Position numbers and translations under genes: made by a program | DNA from: the human T2T-CHM13v2.0 reference genome, Homo sapiens | Strand: one strand, 5' to 3' | Length of the DNA: 64,000 nucleotides | Assembly: GCF_009914755.1 (NCBI RefSeq) | Contig: NC_060940.1 | Notes under the pieces: model-generated | Seen by the model: the letters and a program-made list of their open reading frames with translations, nothing else | Databases searched by the model: none | Told to the model about the DNA's origin: nothing | Shown here: piece by piece, positions 30,539 to 44,830 of the stretch | Layout of the letters: each line of letters begins with the position of its first letter | Position numbering within the stretch: the first letter of the stretch is position 1

Positions 30539-31643
30539 GGCCAAACACACCTTGGAAGAAAATTACCTAAGGGCATAGAGTTAAGTGAAAACCAGTATAC
30601 TCGTAATAGATATGGGTATTTATGCAGGGTTTTGAATATAACTAGGTAGCAGGACAGCTGTCTATAATTCAGGGTCATCACCTGAGGTGTTTCAAATCTT
30701 GTTCGGCTACCTAAACTTCTGCCTAGATACTTGTGGCACAAGTGCCTTGCAATTCCTCACAATGCTGATGACAAAGAAATGAAATAATTTTGTAACTGGT
30801 ATTTCCCATCTGTTTCCCAAGCTACAGTATAAATGCCATGTGAGTACAGACTGGCAATATCTATAGGGACAAGGAATATCTAGCAGATTGTAGACCCAGT
30901 AAATATAAATGGGGAGAACATTTTGCAAGCTCTTCAAATGCCTCTTTCTGTCCTATCTGCAAGGAGTACTACACTTGTACTTTCTTCTTCACTAGGTCAG
31001 CAGTTTGCCACGTCTATAAATTGAAGTAATACCAAGTAATTGAATTAATATCTAGTAATTGAAGTAATATCAACTGCCACTTATTAAGCACTTACTCTCT
31101 GCCAGGCATTGTGCAACACTCTGTCTGTGAATTATTTCACAACCCTCTCAGATGAGTACTAATTTGTTAATTCCATTTTACAGGTGAGAAAACTGAAGCT
31201 CAGAGACACAAAGTGCCTAACTCCAAGTCCTACAGCTAGCAAATGGTAGAGCAGGGATCTGTACCAATAACCCAGGTGCATCTGACTCTACAGTTCATCT
31301 TAACGCAGCAGCACTCGAGGCTGTGCAGAGCCCCTACCTGAAGTGCTTGGTACTGACCTGAGTCCTGTGAGGGCTTTCACTGTTAACACATTCTGCAACC
31401 TCATTGTGGTTCCTGCAGTTCCCAGAGAAAATGAATTGGAGGTGGCCCATCTTCTCCCATGTGGCACAGGTAGCACTGATGAAGGGTTAAGACTCCCAGT
31501 TTGGAAATCTGGGCATTAGACTTGGCTCTTCCACCAATTCCCTGTGTGACCCTAGGCAATTCACTGAACCTCTGTTTCCTCCGCCCTAAAATAAAAACAG
31601 CAACAACCATGGCTACACTTATTATTTATTATGGGTTAGGCAG

Positions 31644-33904
31644 TGATATGGTTTGGCCGTGTCTCCACCCAAGCCTCTTGTTGAATTGTAGCTCCCGTAA
31701 ATCCCACGTGTCCTGGAGGGACCCGGTAGGAGGTAATTGAATCATGGGGGCGGGTCTTTCCTGTGCTATTCTCATGATAGTAAGTCCCACAACATCTGAT
31801 GATTTTATAAAAGAAAATTCCCCTACACAAACTCTCTTGCCAGCCACCATGTAAGACGTGACTTTGCTCTTCCTTTGCCTTCTGCCATGATTATGAGGCC
31901 TCCCCAGCCACGTGGAACTGTGAGTCCATTAAACTACTTTCCATTATAAATTACCCAGTCTTGGGAATGTCTTTATTAGCAGTATGAGAATGGACTAATA
32001 CAGTAAATTGGCACTGGGTAGTGGGGTGCTACTGTAAAGATATCTGAAAATGTGGAAGTGACTTTGGAACTGGTTTACAGGCAAAGCCTGCAACAGTTTG
32101 GAGGGCTCAGAAGAAGACAGGAAGATGTGGGAAAGTTTGGAACTTCCTAGAGACTTGTTGAATGGCTTTCACCAAAATGCTGACAGTGATATAGACAATA
32201 AAGTCCAGGCTGAGGTGGTCTCAGAGATGAGGAACTTGTTGGGAACTGGAGCAAAAGTGACTCGTTATGTTTTAGCAAAGAGACTGATGGCATTTTGTCC
32301 TTGCCCTAGAGATCTGTGTAAGTCAGAGCTTCAGAGAGATGATTTAGGGTATCTGGGGTAAGAAATTTCTAAGCTGCAAAGCATTCAAGAGGAAGCAGAG
32401 TGTAGGTTTGAAAAATTTGCAGCCTAATGATACAAAAGAAAAGAAAAACCCATTTTCTGGGGAGAAATTCAAGCTGGCTGCAGAAATTTGCATAAGTAAC
32501 AAGGAGCCAAATGCTAATCATCAAGACAATGGGGAAAATGTCTCCAGGGCATGTCAGAGACCTTCTTGGCAGCCCCTCCTACCAAAGGCCCAGAAGTCTA
32601 GGAGGCAAAAATGGTTTCCTGGGCTGGGTCCAGGGTCCCCCTGCTCTATGCAGCCTAGGGACTTGGTGCTCTGCGTCCCAGCTGCTCCAGCTGTGGCTAA
32701 AACGGGCCAAGGTACAGCTCAAACTGGGGCTTCAGAGGGTGCAAGCCCCAAGCCTTGGAAACTTCCATGCGGTGTTAAGCCTGTGGGTACACAGAAGTCA
32801 AGAACTGAGGTTTGGAAACCTCTCCCTAGGTTTCAGAGGATGTATGGAAACTCCTGGATGTCCAGGCAGAAGTTGGCTGCAGGGGTGGGGCCCTCATGGA
32901 GAACCACTGCTAGAGCAGCATGGAAGGGAAATGTGGGGTTGGAACCACCCCACAGCGTCCCCACTGGGACACTGCCTAGTGGAGCTGTGAGAAGAGAGCT
33001 ACCATCCTCCAGACCCCAGAATGGTAGATCCACCAACAGCTTGCACCGTACACCTAGAAAAGCAGCAGACACTAAACGCCAGCCCTGGAAGCAGCCAAAA
33101 GTGGGGCTGTACCCTGCAAAACCACAAGGGTGGAGCTGCCCAAGACTATGGGAAACCACCTCTTGCATCAGTATGACCTGGATATGGGACACGGAGTCAA
33201 AGGAGGTCATTTTGGAGTTTCAAGATGTGACTGCCCCGCTGGATTTTAGACTTGCATGGGGCCTGTAGCCCCTTCGTTGTGGCCAATTTCTCCTTTTTGG
33301 AATGAGTATACTTACCCAATACCTGTACCCCCATTGTATCTAGGAAGTAACTAACTTGCTTTTGATTTTACAGGCTTATAGGTGGAAGGGGCTTGCCTTG
33401 CCTCAGATGAGACTTTGGAGTGTGGACTTTTGAGTTAATGCTAAAATGAGTTAAGACTTTGTGGGACTGTTGGGAAGGCATGATTGGTTTTGAAATGTGA
33501 GGGCATGAGATTTGGGAGGGGCCAGGGGCGGAATGATATGGTTTGGCTGTGTCTCCACCCAAATCTCACCTTGAATTGTAGATCCCATAATTACCACGTG
33601 TCCTGGGAGGGACCCAGTGGGAGGTAACTGAATCACAGGGGTGGGTTTTTCCCATGCCGTTCTCTTGATAGTGAATAAGTCTCAAAAGATCTGATGGTTT
33701 TATAAAGGGGAGTTCCCCTACACAAGCTCTCTTGCCTGCCACCATATAAGACGTAAGATGTGACTTTGCTCCTCTTTTGCCTTCTGGCATGATTATGAGG
33801 CTTCCCCAGCCATGTGGAACTGTGAGTCCATCAAACCTCTTAACTTTATAAATTACCCAGTCTTGGGTATGTTTTTATTAGCAGCATGAGAATGGATTAA
33901 TACA
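31644..33904 (+). mobile_element. Full-length THE1B MaLR provirus (5'LTR 31644-32002, internal 32003-33533, 3'LTR 33534-33904)
   Basis: Both LTRs run tgatatggtttggc...taataca; THE1-int between them with a residual 286-aa ORF; polypurine tract gggaggggccaggggcggaa before the 3'LTR; 5-bp TSD ggcag/ggtag. Confidence 0.93.
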
Positions 33905-34155
33905 GGTAGTTTAAAGGTTTAGCATTTAAGCCTCAGGACAATCTTCCGAAGTTGTTACTAGTATTATCATCAGCTTTCAGAAATGAGGAAAATAGATCAG
34001 AGGTTAGGAACCTTGCCCACAAATTATGCAGGTCATAAGGGGTTGGGCAGGGTTCAGGACTTGAAGCCGGGTCTGTATGACTCTTAACCACTACATGTAA
34101 TGCCGCACAATAAGGCTGGGACAATACAGATTCGCTTAGGTCATTATCTTATCAC

Positions 34156-34597
34156 TGTGAAAGGAAAATAAATCTTGGGGTCCCAAGATCACTAAGCTAA
34201 AGGGAAAAGTCAAGCTGAGAACTGCTTAGGGCAAACCTGCCTCCCATTCTATTCATGTATCTCTGCTCACTAAAATAAAGGCATATCTGATTGCTTCCTT
34301 TGGAGAGGCTAATCAAACTCAAAATAATGCAACCATTTGTCTCTTACCTACCTATGACCTGGAAGCCCCCTCCCCGTTTCGAGTTGTCCCGCCTTTCCAG
34401 ACCGAAAAACATGTTCATCTTACATCTGTTCTTGTCTCATGTCTCCCTAAAATGTAGAAAACGAAACTGGGCTCTGACCACATTAAGAATACATCGTCAG
34501 GACCGCCTGAGGCTGTGTCATGGGTACATGTCTTCAACCTTGGCAAAATAAACTTTCTAAATGAACTGAGACCCGTCTCAGATTTTCAGGGCTCACT
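34156..34597 (+). mobile_element. MER4A-like ERV1 solo LTR
   Basis: tgtgaaaggaaaataaatcttgggg...gggcaaacctgcctcccattctattca...ggcaaaataaactttctaaa...ggctcac. Confidence 0.75.
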
Positions 34598-35103
34598 CCA
34601 CCTCCACAATTTCTGTCACATCTGATTCATCTGGTATTATGACTAGCCTATAAGGTTTTGTTTAAACCTACTTACCTTTTCCCAACAAATACATGCAGTT
34701 TAAATGGGAACCTGTCACTGCCACTTTTAAGTGGCAAACCAGAACCAAGTGATAAAGAGGAGGTAATCGTTCTCCCAAAGTGTGCAGAAAATCAAAGACA
34801 GGAATCAAGTATAGCCAGCCACCTGTGGAAAGTTCGGAGCTTGGGGCCCCGATGTCCTTAAAAACAAAAAATGCGGAGGGCCAGTGTTTGAGGCCTTGGC
34901 GACATTCTAGAAAGCCAAGCTGCGCCCGGTCCCCTGGGATCAGGAAGACATCTGAAAGGGGATACTCCTTCCCGCCACCCTGCTCAGTCATTCACCACCG
35001 TCCCCCACCCCCGGGACCGCCACCTGTCGCGTTCCAGGCCGAGGCGGTCCAGGGTCCCCGCGGAAGGGCGGCGGCCCCCCAACCCCAGCCCAGGCCCACT
35101 CAC

Positions 35104-35215
35104 AGCTGCAGGAACAAGGGCGCGGCAGACGGCTACAGCAGGCAGAGAGGCCCAGGCCTCCTAGCTACCCATCACCACAGCTGGGGCGCCGAAGCCGTCG
35201 GACCTGCCTCCTGGA
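35104..35215 (-). other. SDR42E1: SDR42E1 non-coding exon 1 (TSS approximate)
   Basis: Donor cagct|gtgagt at 35104/35103 inside the CpG island, oriented toward exon 2. Confidence 0.65.
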
Positions 35216-35325
35216 GCCACTTCCGGGCCTCTCTAGGAAGCCTGGAGGTCTCGGAGTCTCTATGACGCGCAGGTGTCTCCTTCACCTTCACCGGCGTTGA
35301 GGTAGCAGGAGGTTCGCTTCATGAA

Positions 35326-35445
35326 TTCCCCCACGTTCTCTGGCTGTGCGTTCCGCCGTGGCGGGAACCCTTTTAGGGTCACGTCTTCCCCCACGTCCCC
35401 TGTCTGTGCGTTCCGCCGTGGTGGGAACCCTGTTAGGGCCACGTC
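35326..35445. repeat. 60-bp tandem duplication in the SDR42E1 promoter
   Basis: 35326-35385 vs 35386-35445: 54/60 identical, no indels. Confidence 0.95.
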
Positions 35446-37111
35446 AACTGCTCTTCCCACCTCCAGTGTCTGCTTTTAGACTTTCACCTCCATCTTTGTT
35501 TATCCCCAAGGCCAAGACCAGTGCCTGATAAATAGGCACTCAGGTCAGCATTGCTTGGGTGGATGGATGATGGAAAAGGCTCTATAGGGAGGCAGAATAT
35601 TCACTCTCCATGTATCTCTTTAAGTTTCTATTATCTCTGAGTTTCCATATCTATGTGTGCCCATAGGTTTTCCTGTGTCCCTAATTTTCCTTATTTCTCT
35701 TTGTTCTGGTCGCCAAGCAGGCAGTGATGCCAAGACTAATCTTTGTTGCTGAAGGAACCAAGGAATGCAGAAAGGAAAGTTGGCATCCTCACTCAGAGGT
35801 CTCCTTTTGAGGCCCATCTTTTGTCTCCTCATCATGAGTGTGGTTCTGTGGATGGTTGCAGACTGTACACGTGTATGGACATGCATCCTGGAATGGACCC
35901 CTGGCTGGGGAGGATTTCATTTTAGTGTCTTGGAGGATGGAAGTTTTGACTTCATGTGGTGCTCTTGCCGATAGATCTGGTACCAAAGGCAGACTCAGAG
36001 AGGTTCATATCAATTGCCTGATTTACTGCTCAGTTTTCACTAAGCACACACAGTCACAAGGACAAAGCTCAAGTCCTAGGATATAAAAATTAATGAAGCC
36101 CAGGTGAAGAAATCAAGAAGTGCCAGTCCCTGGCACTGGCCTCTCTCATAGGATGCTCTGGCTTTCCTGCCTGTCTTGTCCTCACCTATTAGGCAGGCAT
36201 AAGTCACAGGAGACTTCTTGTGCTAAGCAGTCTTAAAGAACAGCTTTGCAGTGGCTGCTTAGGATACATAAAAATTAGAAGAGAAGAGGAAGGGTATTCA
36301 GGGGGCTGAGAGACCAGCTATATGCTCTTGAGGCCAGCAGCTAAGGAAGAAAAGACCCACTGAGGATGCAGTAAAGAAGACAGACTTCCTTTGGGGAATT
36401 ACAGGATCCTCTGAGGGATACCCAGATTTAGAGTGTGTGGATAAACATGAGAAATGGTGAATTTAAATGTTAGTATTCTTGTGCCACCGAGGACTCTTTT
36501 AAAATATAATCAGGCGTGTTTTAAAGGAAAATTACAAACTCTATAATTGCTTCCTTAGCTTCCATCATAATTTAGTGAGTTGATTTTATAAAGGTCTGAC
36601 CAAGAGATCTAAGACAGAAATGACTGGAGAAAGAAATTAACTTCAATGTGAGTTTGTATATCAGTGTTTGTTTAGTATTGTCTTCCCCCAATAATATGTC
36701 CAGGCAGTGGATGCATCTCAGAAAGATCAGTTTGCTGTCACAATTACTCACAGGTGTGCAGTATTTTATTTCTCACTCCGATCACAGTCCAATTCAGTCT
36801 GCAGGGAAGGGGAAGAGTGCTGTGCTCCACATAATCACTCAGGGACCCAGGCTTCCCCCATTTGTTATGCCATCATGTTCAACTCTTGGCTGCCAAGGTC
36901 ACTACAGAAGAGGAAGTAAGAGCTTGGCTTTCCCCAACACTTTCACTTAAAGTCTCCTGCATCCCCTTGAAATTCTTCAATCTCTTCACAGCACTTAGCT
37001 CATCTGAAATTATCTTGCATGTTGCTATAATGAAAGCTCCGTGAGTGCAGAGACCTGCTTGATTGATTGGTGTATCTCCACTACCTACTATAGTGTCTGG
37101 CATAGAGACAG

Positions 37112-37144
<33 letters not shown>

Positions 37145-37357
37145 GGTGAATGAATCAGCAAATGAATATATGTCACATTTCTGGTTGTCCCTGTTCAAAA
37201 TCCCAGGCTTGCAAACGACACCTTCTTTTGGCCCAGCTTGGATCAGAAATCACCTCTACCATTGTCAGCTGTGGCAAAAGGACACAAGAACTGCTATAAA
37301 CTGTGGTCATTTCTAAAGAACGGAAATTATTGTGAGCTTGGTAGGCACATGAGAACT

Positions 37358-37514
37358 TTGCTATCCAAAAGTGTGGATCAGTAACATCAACATCACCTGA
37401 GAGCTTATTAGAAATGTTGGGTCTTGGATCCCATTCTAGGCTTAATAAATACAAATCTGTATTCAGCAAAATCCCTAGGTAATTCCTATGTATAGTAAAG
37501 GCTGATAAGCACTG
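37358..37514. mobile_element. MER5-like hAT-Charlie MITE
   Basis: aaagtgtgg...catcacctgagagcttattagaaatg...aaaatccctaggtaattc...aagcactg. Confidence 0.6.
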
Positions 37515-37684
37515 CCCTAAAAGTGCTATGACTTAGTAGTAGTAGCACTACAACTCTCTGAGGTGGGTAAGAGAAACCTTGTAATAGTTCCACACTGCAT
37601 CTGGAAATCAGGTGAGTTTAAGTGACTTACCCAAGGTCACAGAACTAGTAAATGACAGACCTGTGATTAAAAGCCAAGGCTTCT

Positions 37685-38046
<362 letters not shown>

Positions 38047-38879
38047 CTAGATAAACCTATTTTCTTTCACTAATAAAAAAAATATAAAGGGGAATAGACA
38101 GAAAAAAATTGAGCTATATTTAAACAGTGGTTAATGGCTTCAATAATTGATTTTAGAAAAGAAAACAAGCATTTATCACATGCAGTACATTTCATAAAAT
38201 GGTTTTCCTCATTACATATTAAAGAACTCTCCAAGTAACATAATGTTTATATTTCATTTATTCAGCAATTAAGCAACTTAATATTCTTTTAGAAGCATTT
38301 ATAGCACTTATTAAGAATTATCAAGCATACTATTTGGGTCAATGGCTTTTCTTTTTTCCTATTAAAAACTTTTGAAATAATTCATTATTGTTACCCTTGC
38401 CTCTCTCAGTACTGATTAAACTAAGTGTTTAAATAGTGCTGACTAAACCTACATGTTATTGTGAGTGTCCTGGCAAGGGCTCTGTGTTCAGTGCTGAAGC
38501 ATTAGGGGCTCTCCTAGAAGGACACAAAGGACCCTTTGAGACAGTAAAGCTTATATTTGCCATTTTCTTGTCTCACTGTTTTCAGGAATTGAGAAGTAAG
38601 GATACCCACTATGTTCATCAGGTTTCTTTGGGTTGCAAATCATAGAAATCCATCCCAATATAGATAAATCAAAAGTAGGGATGCTTGGCTCCTGTAACTG
38701 GAAGCTTAAAAGGTGGATCTAGTTGTCGAGCCTCAGACATCATAGAGTCCTGTCTCCTTATCTCTTGGCTCTGGATAGAGAAAGGTTAGTATAGAACGTG
38801 TCAGACATGGTTTTCCCCAAAGAAGGGATTTTTGGCACACACCAAATAACATCTCACTATACCAATTAACGAAATCAGT

Positions 38880-39270
38880 TTGTGCTTTGTGGAAGATTGC
38901 CAGTTGTTACTCAAAATGTCTTTCCCTTCTTCCATAATAATAGTGTTTTACTTGCATATGATCATCCAGAATAAAAGCTCCACTTACCAGCTTCACTTGC
39001 AGCTAGATGTGCCCTTGTGGCTAAGTTTTTGCCAATATAATGTGAGTGGAAGTGATACATGCCATTTCTGGATGAAATGCTTAAGAGGAAATTCATTTCC
39101 CTCTTTTCTCCCCTCCTGTGGACTGACACTGAGATTTGACTCAGCTCCAGCCCTGTAGGTGAAGATAGTACCCCTAGGAGATATAGGAGCAACAAGATAG
39201 AAGGAACCTGGGTCTTTGAATGACCTTGTGGAGTACAACTGTCTCACTAGGCTCACCATTCTAGATTACC
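38880..39270 (+). mobile_element. MLT1-like MaLR LTR fragment
   Basis: ttgcagctagatgtg...ctaagttt...gtggaagtgat...agaaggaacctgggtctttgaatgac. Confidence 0.5.
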
Positions 39271-40094
39271 AGTACTGTTATGTATGATACTATACATTTT
39301 TAATAAAAATTTTTATTGAGATCATTGTAGATCCACATGCCATTGTAAGAAATAATACAGAGAGCTCCTGCATACTCTTTGCTCAGTTTCCCCAAATGAT
39401 AACATTTTGCAAAACTGTAGTGTAATATCACAACCAAGATATTGACCTGGATGCAGTTGATAGATCTTATAAAGAATTCCCGTTTTACTTGTACTCCCTT
39501 GCGTGTGCATGTGTCTGTGTTTCGTTTTTTACAATTTTATTACATGTGTTGGCTTCTGTATTAAGCCACTATGTTTTGAGGGTTTTTTTTTATAGTAGTC
39601 TAGCCTTTATCCTAATACAAGATAGTAGAACAACATGTGCCAGGAAAGAAGGATGTATTCAAAGATGGAAGACTCTGAAGATGTATTCTTCTCACTGGTC
39701 TGTAAAGAATAACTTTATTAAATGATAGTCAGCATGTATTGGGCACCTGCTTTGTATCAAGCATCATGTTAAGTGCTGGGACAATGCAGTGAGAGTTAAG
39801 ACAGACCTAGGTACTACAACTGCAGTGGTTATATTTATCATCCACTCTGTTGCATATACCCTATTGGTCTTCAGCAACCTGAATATAAAAGATACTTATT
39901 CCATAATGCCTGGATCCTCCAAGAGACATCTACTCCCAACCTGCTTCTTTTGAATCCTCTTCAAAAAATGATGCACAAACCCATTAATACTTCCTTCTTG
40001 GATGTGGGACCTCCCCTTACGAGGGATTGATGTGTCTCAGAATAGTCTCTGCAAGGAATCCTGGTGTGATTCAACTGCGAGAAATAACCACCAT

Positions 40095-40540
40095 ATCTTA
40101 GTTTCAGTTCTGCCAGAAACAGACCTTTAGACAAAGATTCAAGGACAAGTAGTTTATTTTGGAGGTGATCCCAGAAACTACCAGTAGGGGGGTGGAGATG
40201 TGAGACAGGGAAGGGAAGGAAATCAGTTATCGCTGAGGACAACCAAGCTTAATCCTGCTGGGGGCTTAATCGTTCCATAAAGTAAATCCTTCTGGAGAAA
40301 CTCGGAAACGCAGTAAACACCCTTCTCAGTGTTATTCTACCTGCTGGCTGAGGTTGTTCACTATTTATTCACTAACACGTATTGGTTATTGGTTGAAAAT
40401 ATGCGTGGGGTGGATTTCTTCCCCATCACTTCCAGTTTCTCCATAACAAAAGCAACGCAAAACCATGCAGGTTCTAACATTTGGAGGTCCAGTAGGCATG
40501 CACAGATAAGTGTAGGGGAAAGGAAGTGGGGCACCACTGG
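40095..40540 (-). mobile_element. LTR16-like ERVL LTR
   Basis: cagaaacagacc...gtagtttattttggaggtgatcccag...gtgagacagggaagggaag. Confidence 0.5.
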
Positions 40541-40799
40541 AATAACTAATGTCATAACTACTGTCTTACTTGTAGGATAGCAATTCACTTGAAGTAATGA
40601 ATGACTTCCCTTTTCTAATCTTTAGATTTAGAGGAAATAAAGTAAGGAGACTAGAAACATAGCCTTTAGAGACAGAGTGATGGAGATTTGGATCCTGGCT
40701 CTGCACGTTGGAGTACTGAGCTGATGAAACAAGACGGTGCCTGTATTCCCCATAGACACTTATTGGGCAATGTTAGCTGCTCTTGTTATAGCTCATATT

Positions 40800-41620
<821 letters not shown>

Positions 41621-42340
41621 GATTACACTTATGATAATGTCAATCTCATTCTAATTTCAATGCTGTTTGAATGGGAGAGGATGGCCTATCCCCTTGGACA
41701 TGTCCATGGATGTGTGTCATAGGGGGAAACATCAATGTGACTAAAAATTGAGGAGCCACTGAATCAGAAAAATAAGCATGAGTCTCTTGTTTCACTATCT
41801 CAATATGACAGCTTTTCCCCTGGGACCCTCCTCTTGCCTTCATTTCTCTCAGGGCAATGCAAAAAAGTACAAACAAGGAGGAATATGAGGTTTGAATAAT
41901 AAGTGGTTTTCAATTAGCTGCATTGAAAATTGAGAGTCGACTTGTATTAATTTTCACTATCAAATTACTTCATTTTGTCTCTCCCCTGACTGCTAGGGTA
42001 ATTTTATGCCAGAATTATTTTAGTCATTCTAATTATGCATGCATCAATATTTAGTGGGTGTTTACCTAACCCACAGCACACCCAAATGTTTTTGCTCCCC
42101 CAGAGACCATGGGAGTGCAATATAATATTAATAGGCGGTGCGTGGTATGGAGATGAGGTTCCCTTTATTTCTCCTCCTTGTTTGTAAGGAACGTTCAGGT
42201 GGTGTTTCTTGGAAAGCAACGTGTGTGCTATTCGGATGCATCTACAAAACTAAAAGCAGTACTGTGGATGCTATGGGTTCATTATCTGATACTAAATGCA
42301 ATTCTAGCACAGATGTTTCATTAGGGATTCAGTTATGTAA

Positions 42341-42760
<420 letters not shown>

Positions 42761-44283
42761 TAACACTCTCCCACTTACTCTCAGCTGGCCATCTCCTTCT
42801 CTTACTCCTACTTAATTCTCCTCTCCCTCCTTCTCTGTTTTCTTTTTATTGACCCCTTTGTATATTCTTCCTAGCTCCCAACTGAGTAAAACCCAAGATT
42901 CAGCCTTCAGCCTTTCTTTTAACATCTACATCATTTCCCTTCAATTCTCTTGGTTTCAACCCTGAATCTTGGGCTGACAACTCTGCAATGTATATTAACT
43001 TGACACTGCAAAGTATTTAACGGGGATGGCTCAATTTATCTTGCCCTAATGTCCAAAAGTGAATTCCTTATATCTGGGAATACTTGGCACTGGTGGTACT
43101 ATTTTGACATGCCCTCTCTTTCCCTTCATGCTTAGGCGGGTTTAATTTCCCTTTGCAAAATCTCTTGGACCCGGTCCCTCTTTCAATTCCTTCTGCCCCT
43201 GTGGTTTTCCTGATGGCCTTCTAACTAGAGTGACACCCCAGAGGGTCAGCATGTTAATCTGGACAGTCTGCGAGGTTTGAGAATCTCTCAGGGAATAATC
43301 CTGAGGACAGACCTCAGTGCTGCCTTCTCACTCTCTTTATCCTTTCCCAGGGTCCATAGCCACCTCTTACCTGCACCACTCCCCGAAGGCCCGTGGGATA
43401 AGATGATGCTAAGAGCAAGCCTTGGGTAAGAGAGCATGACAAGAAACGGGACAATGCAGGGGAGGGCATGGGGACCAAGCACAGCATGGACCACAGGGCC
43501 TTGGGGATGTGGAAGGAGAGAGGGAGAGAGAAAATACCAGCAGAAACGTTTCTTGCCTATCACTGTGGAATGGTTGACGACAACCAGGATGCTGCATCCA
43601 GGCGAGATACAGGGGAGGAATGAGCTGAGGAGGGGAGGGAAGTTATTCCAGAATAGCTTCTGTGGATGCTAAGGCTTGGTGCATGGCACCCGACAGAGAC
43701 TCTTTTGATTCCATACAAATGTCGGGCAGTTTATTGTATAATTGGGATTATACACTGTGCCTCCGCCTGCCACAATAAGGTGAAAGGGGTTGCATTGCTC
43801 TTATTCTTGGACTAAGGGAGGTGGCCACATAAACTATGGCAGATAAGTGGAGTTTATAGGCTGTAGCAGGGTATTTAGGGCAAGAACTCTAAACCCTTTA
43901 TGGCACACCAAGGACTCTGGACCCCGAAAGTGTGTGCCAACTAAAAATAATTGCTGATAAAGTTAGAATTATTCATATTTTATATTATCAGAGATAAATA
44001 TAACTTCTGATTAATATGAGAAAACCCAAGTAACCCCAACGAATGAATATAAAGATCAGCTCCAACCAAGGAACGTGATGGCTTAGCTGACACGGGTTAA
44101 TTAATGCAAGGCTTGATACAGGAGACAGTGAAAATGGGAGTATTGGCTAATGAATTAATTCACCCGTTCCTGCATTCGACAAGCATTTATGGAGTGCCAT
44201 TTACATACCAGGCAGTGTTCTAGCCACTATAGGCAGAGATAATGGTGAATAAAACATTCTCTGCCTTCAAAAAGTTCAGAGGT

Positions 44284-44609
<326 letters not shown>

Positions 44610-44640
44610 TCAGTCAAGTCAGAGAGCAATTGCATGACAA

Positions 44641-44830
44641 CAGAATTTCTCAAAATGTGTTCTTCATACCACTTGCAGCAGATCACCTGGGATGTGTGTT
44701 AAATGCGCAGCTTCCTGGACTCCACTCTCCAAATGTCCAAATAGACTTTCCCGCAGTGAGGCCAGGAATGAGCATTCCTAGCAGCCACCCCGGGTGAGCT
44801 GCTTTCCCATTACATTTTTGGAATTGCAGT
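44641..44830. mobile_element. MER5-like MITE
   Basis: cagaatttctcaaaatgtg...gatcacctgggatg...aaatgcgcag...caccccgggtga. Confidence 0.5.

Larger units (their letters stand above)
34900..35450. promoter_or_regulatory. SDR42E1: CpG island / SDR42E1 promoter
   Basis: Only non-repeat CpG-dense segment in the window; ETS motif CCGGAAGTG on the minus strand at 35218-35226; tgacg at 35263. Confidence 0.85.

Noticed and set aside
34780-35265. 161-aa Pro/Ala-rich plus-strand ORF over the CpG island
   Set aside because: Non-ATG start, GC-rich stop avoidance, no recognisable domain
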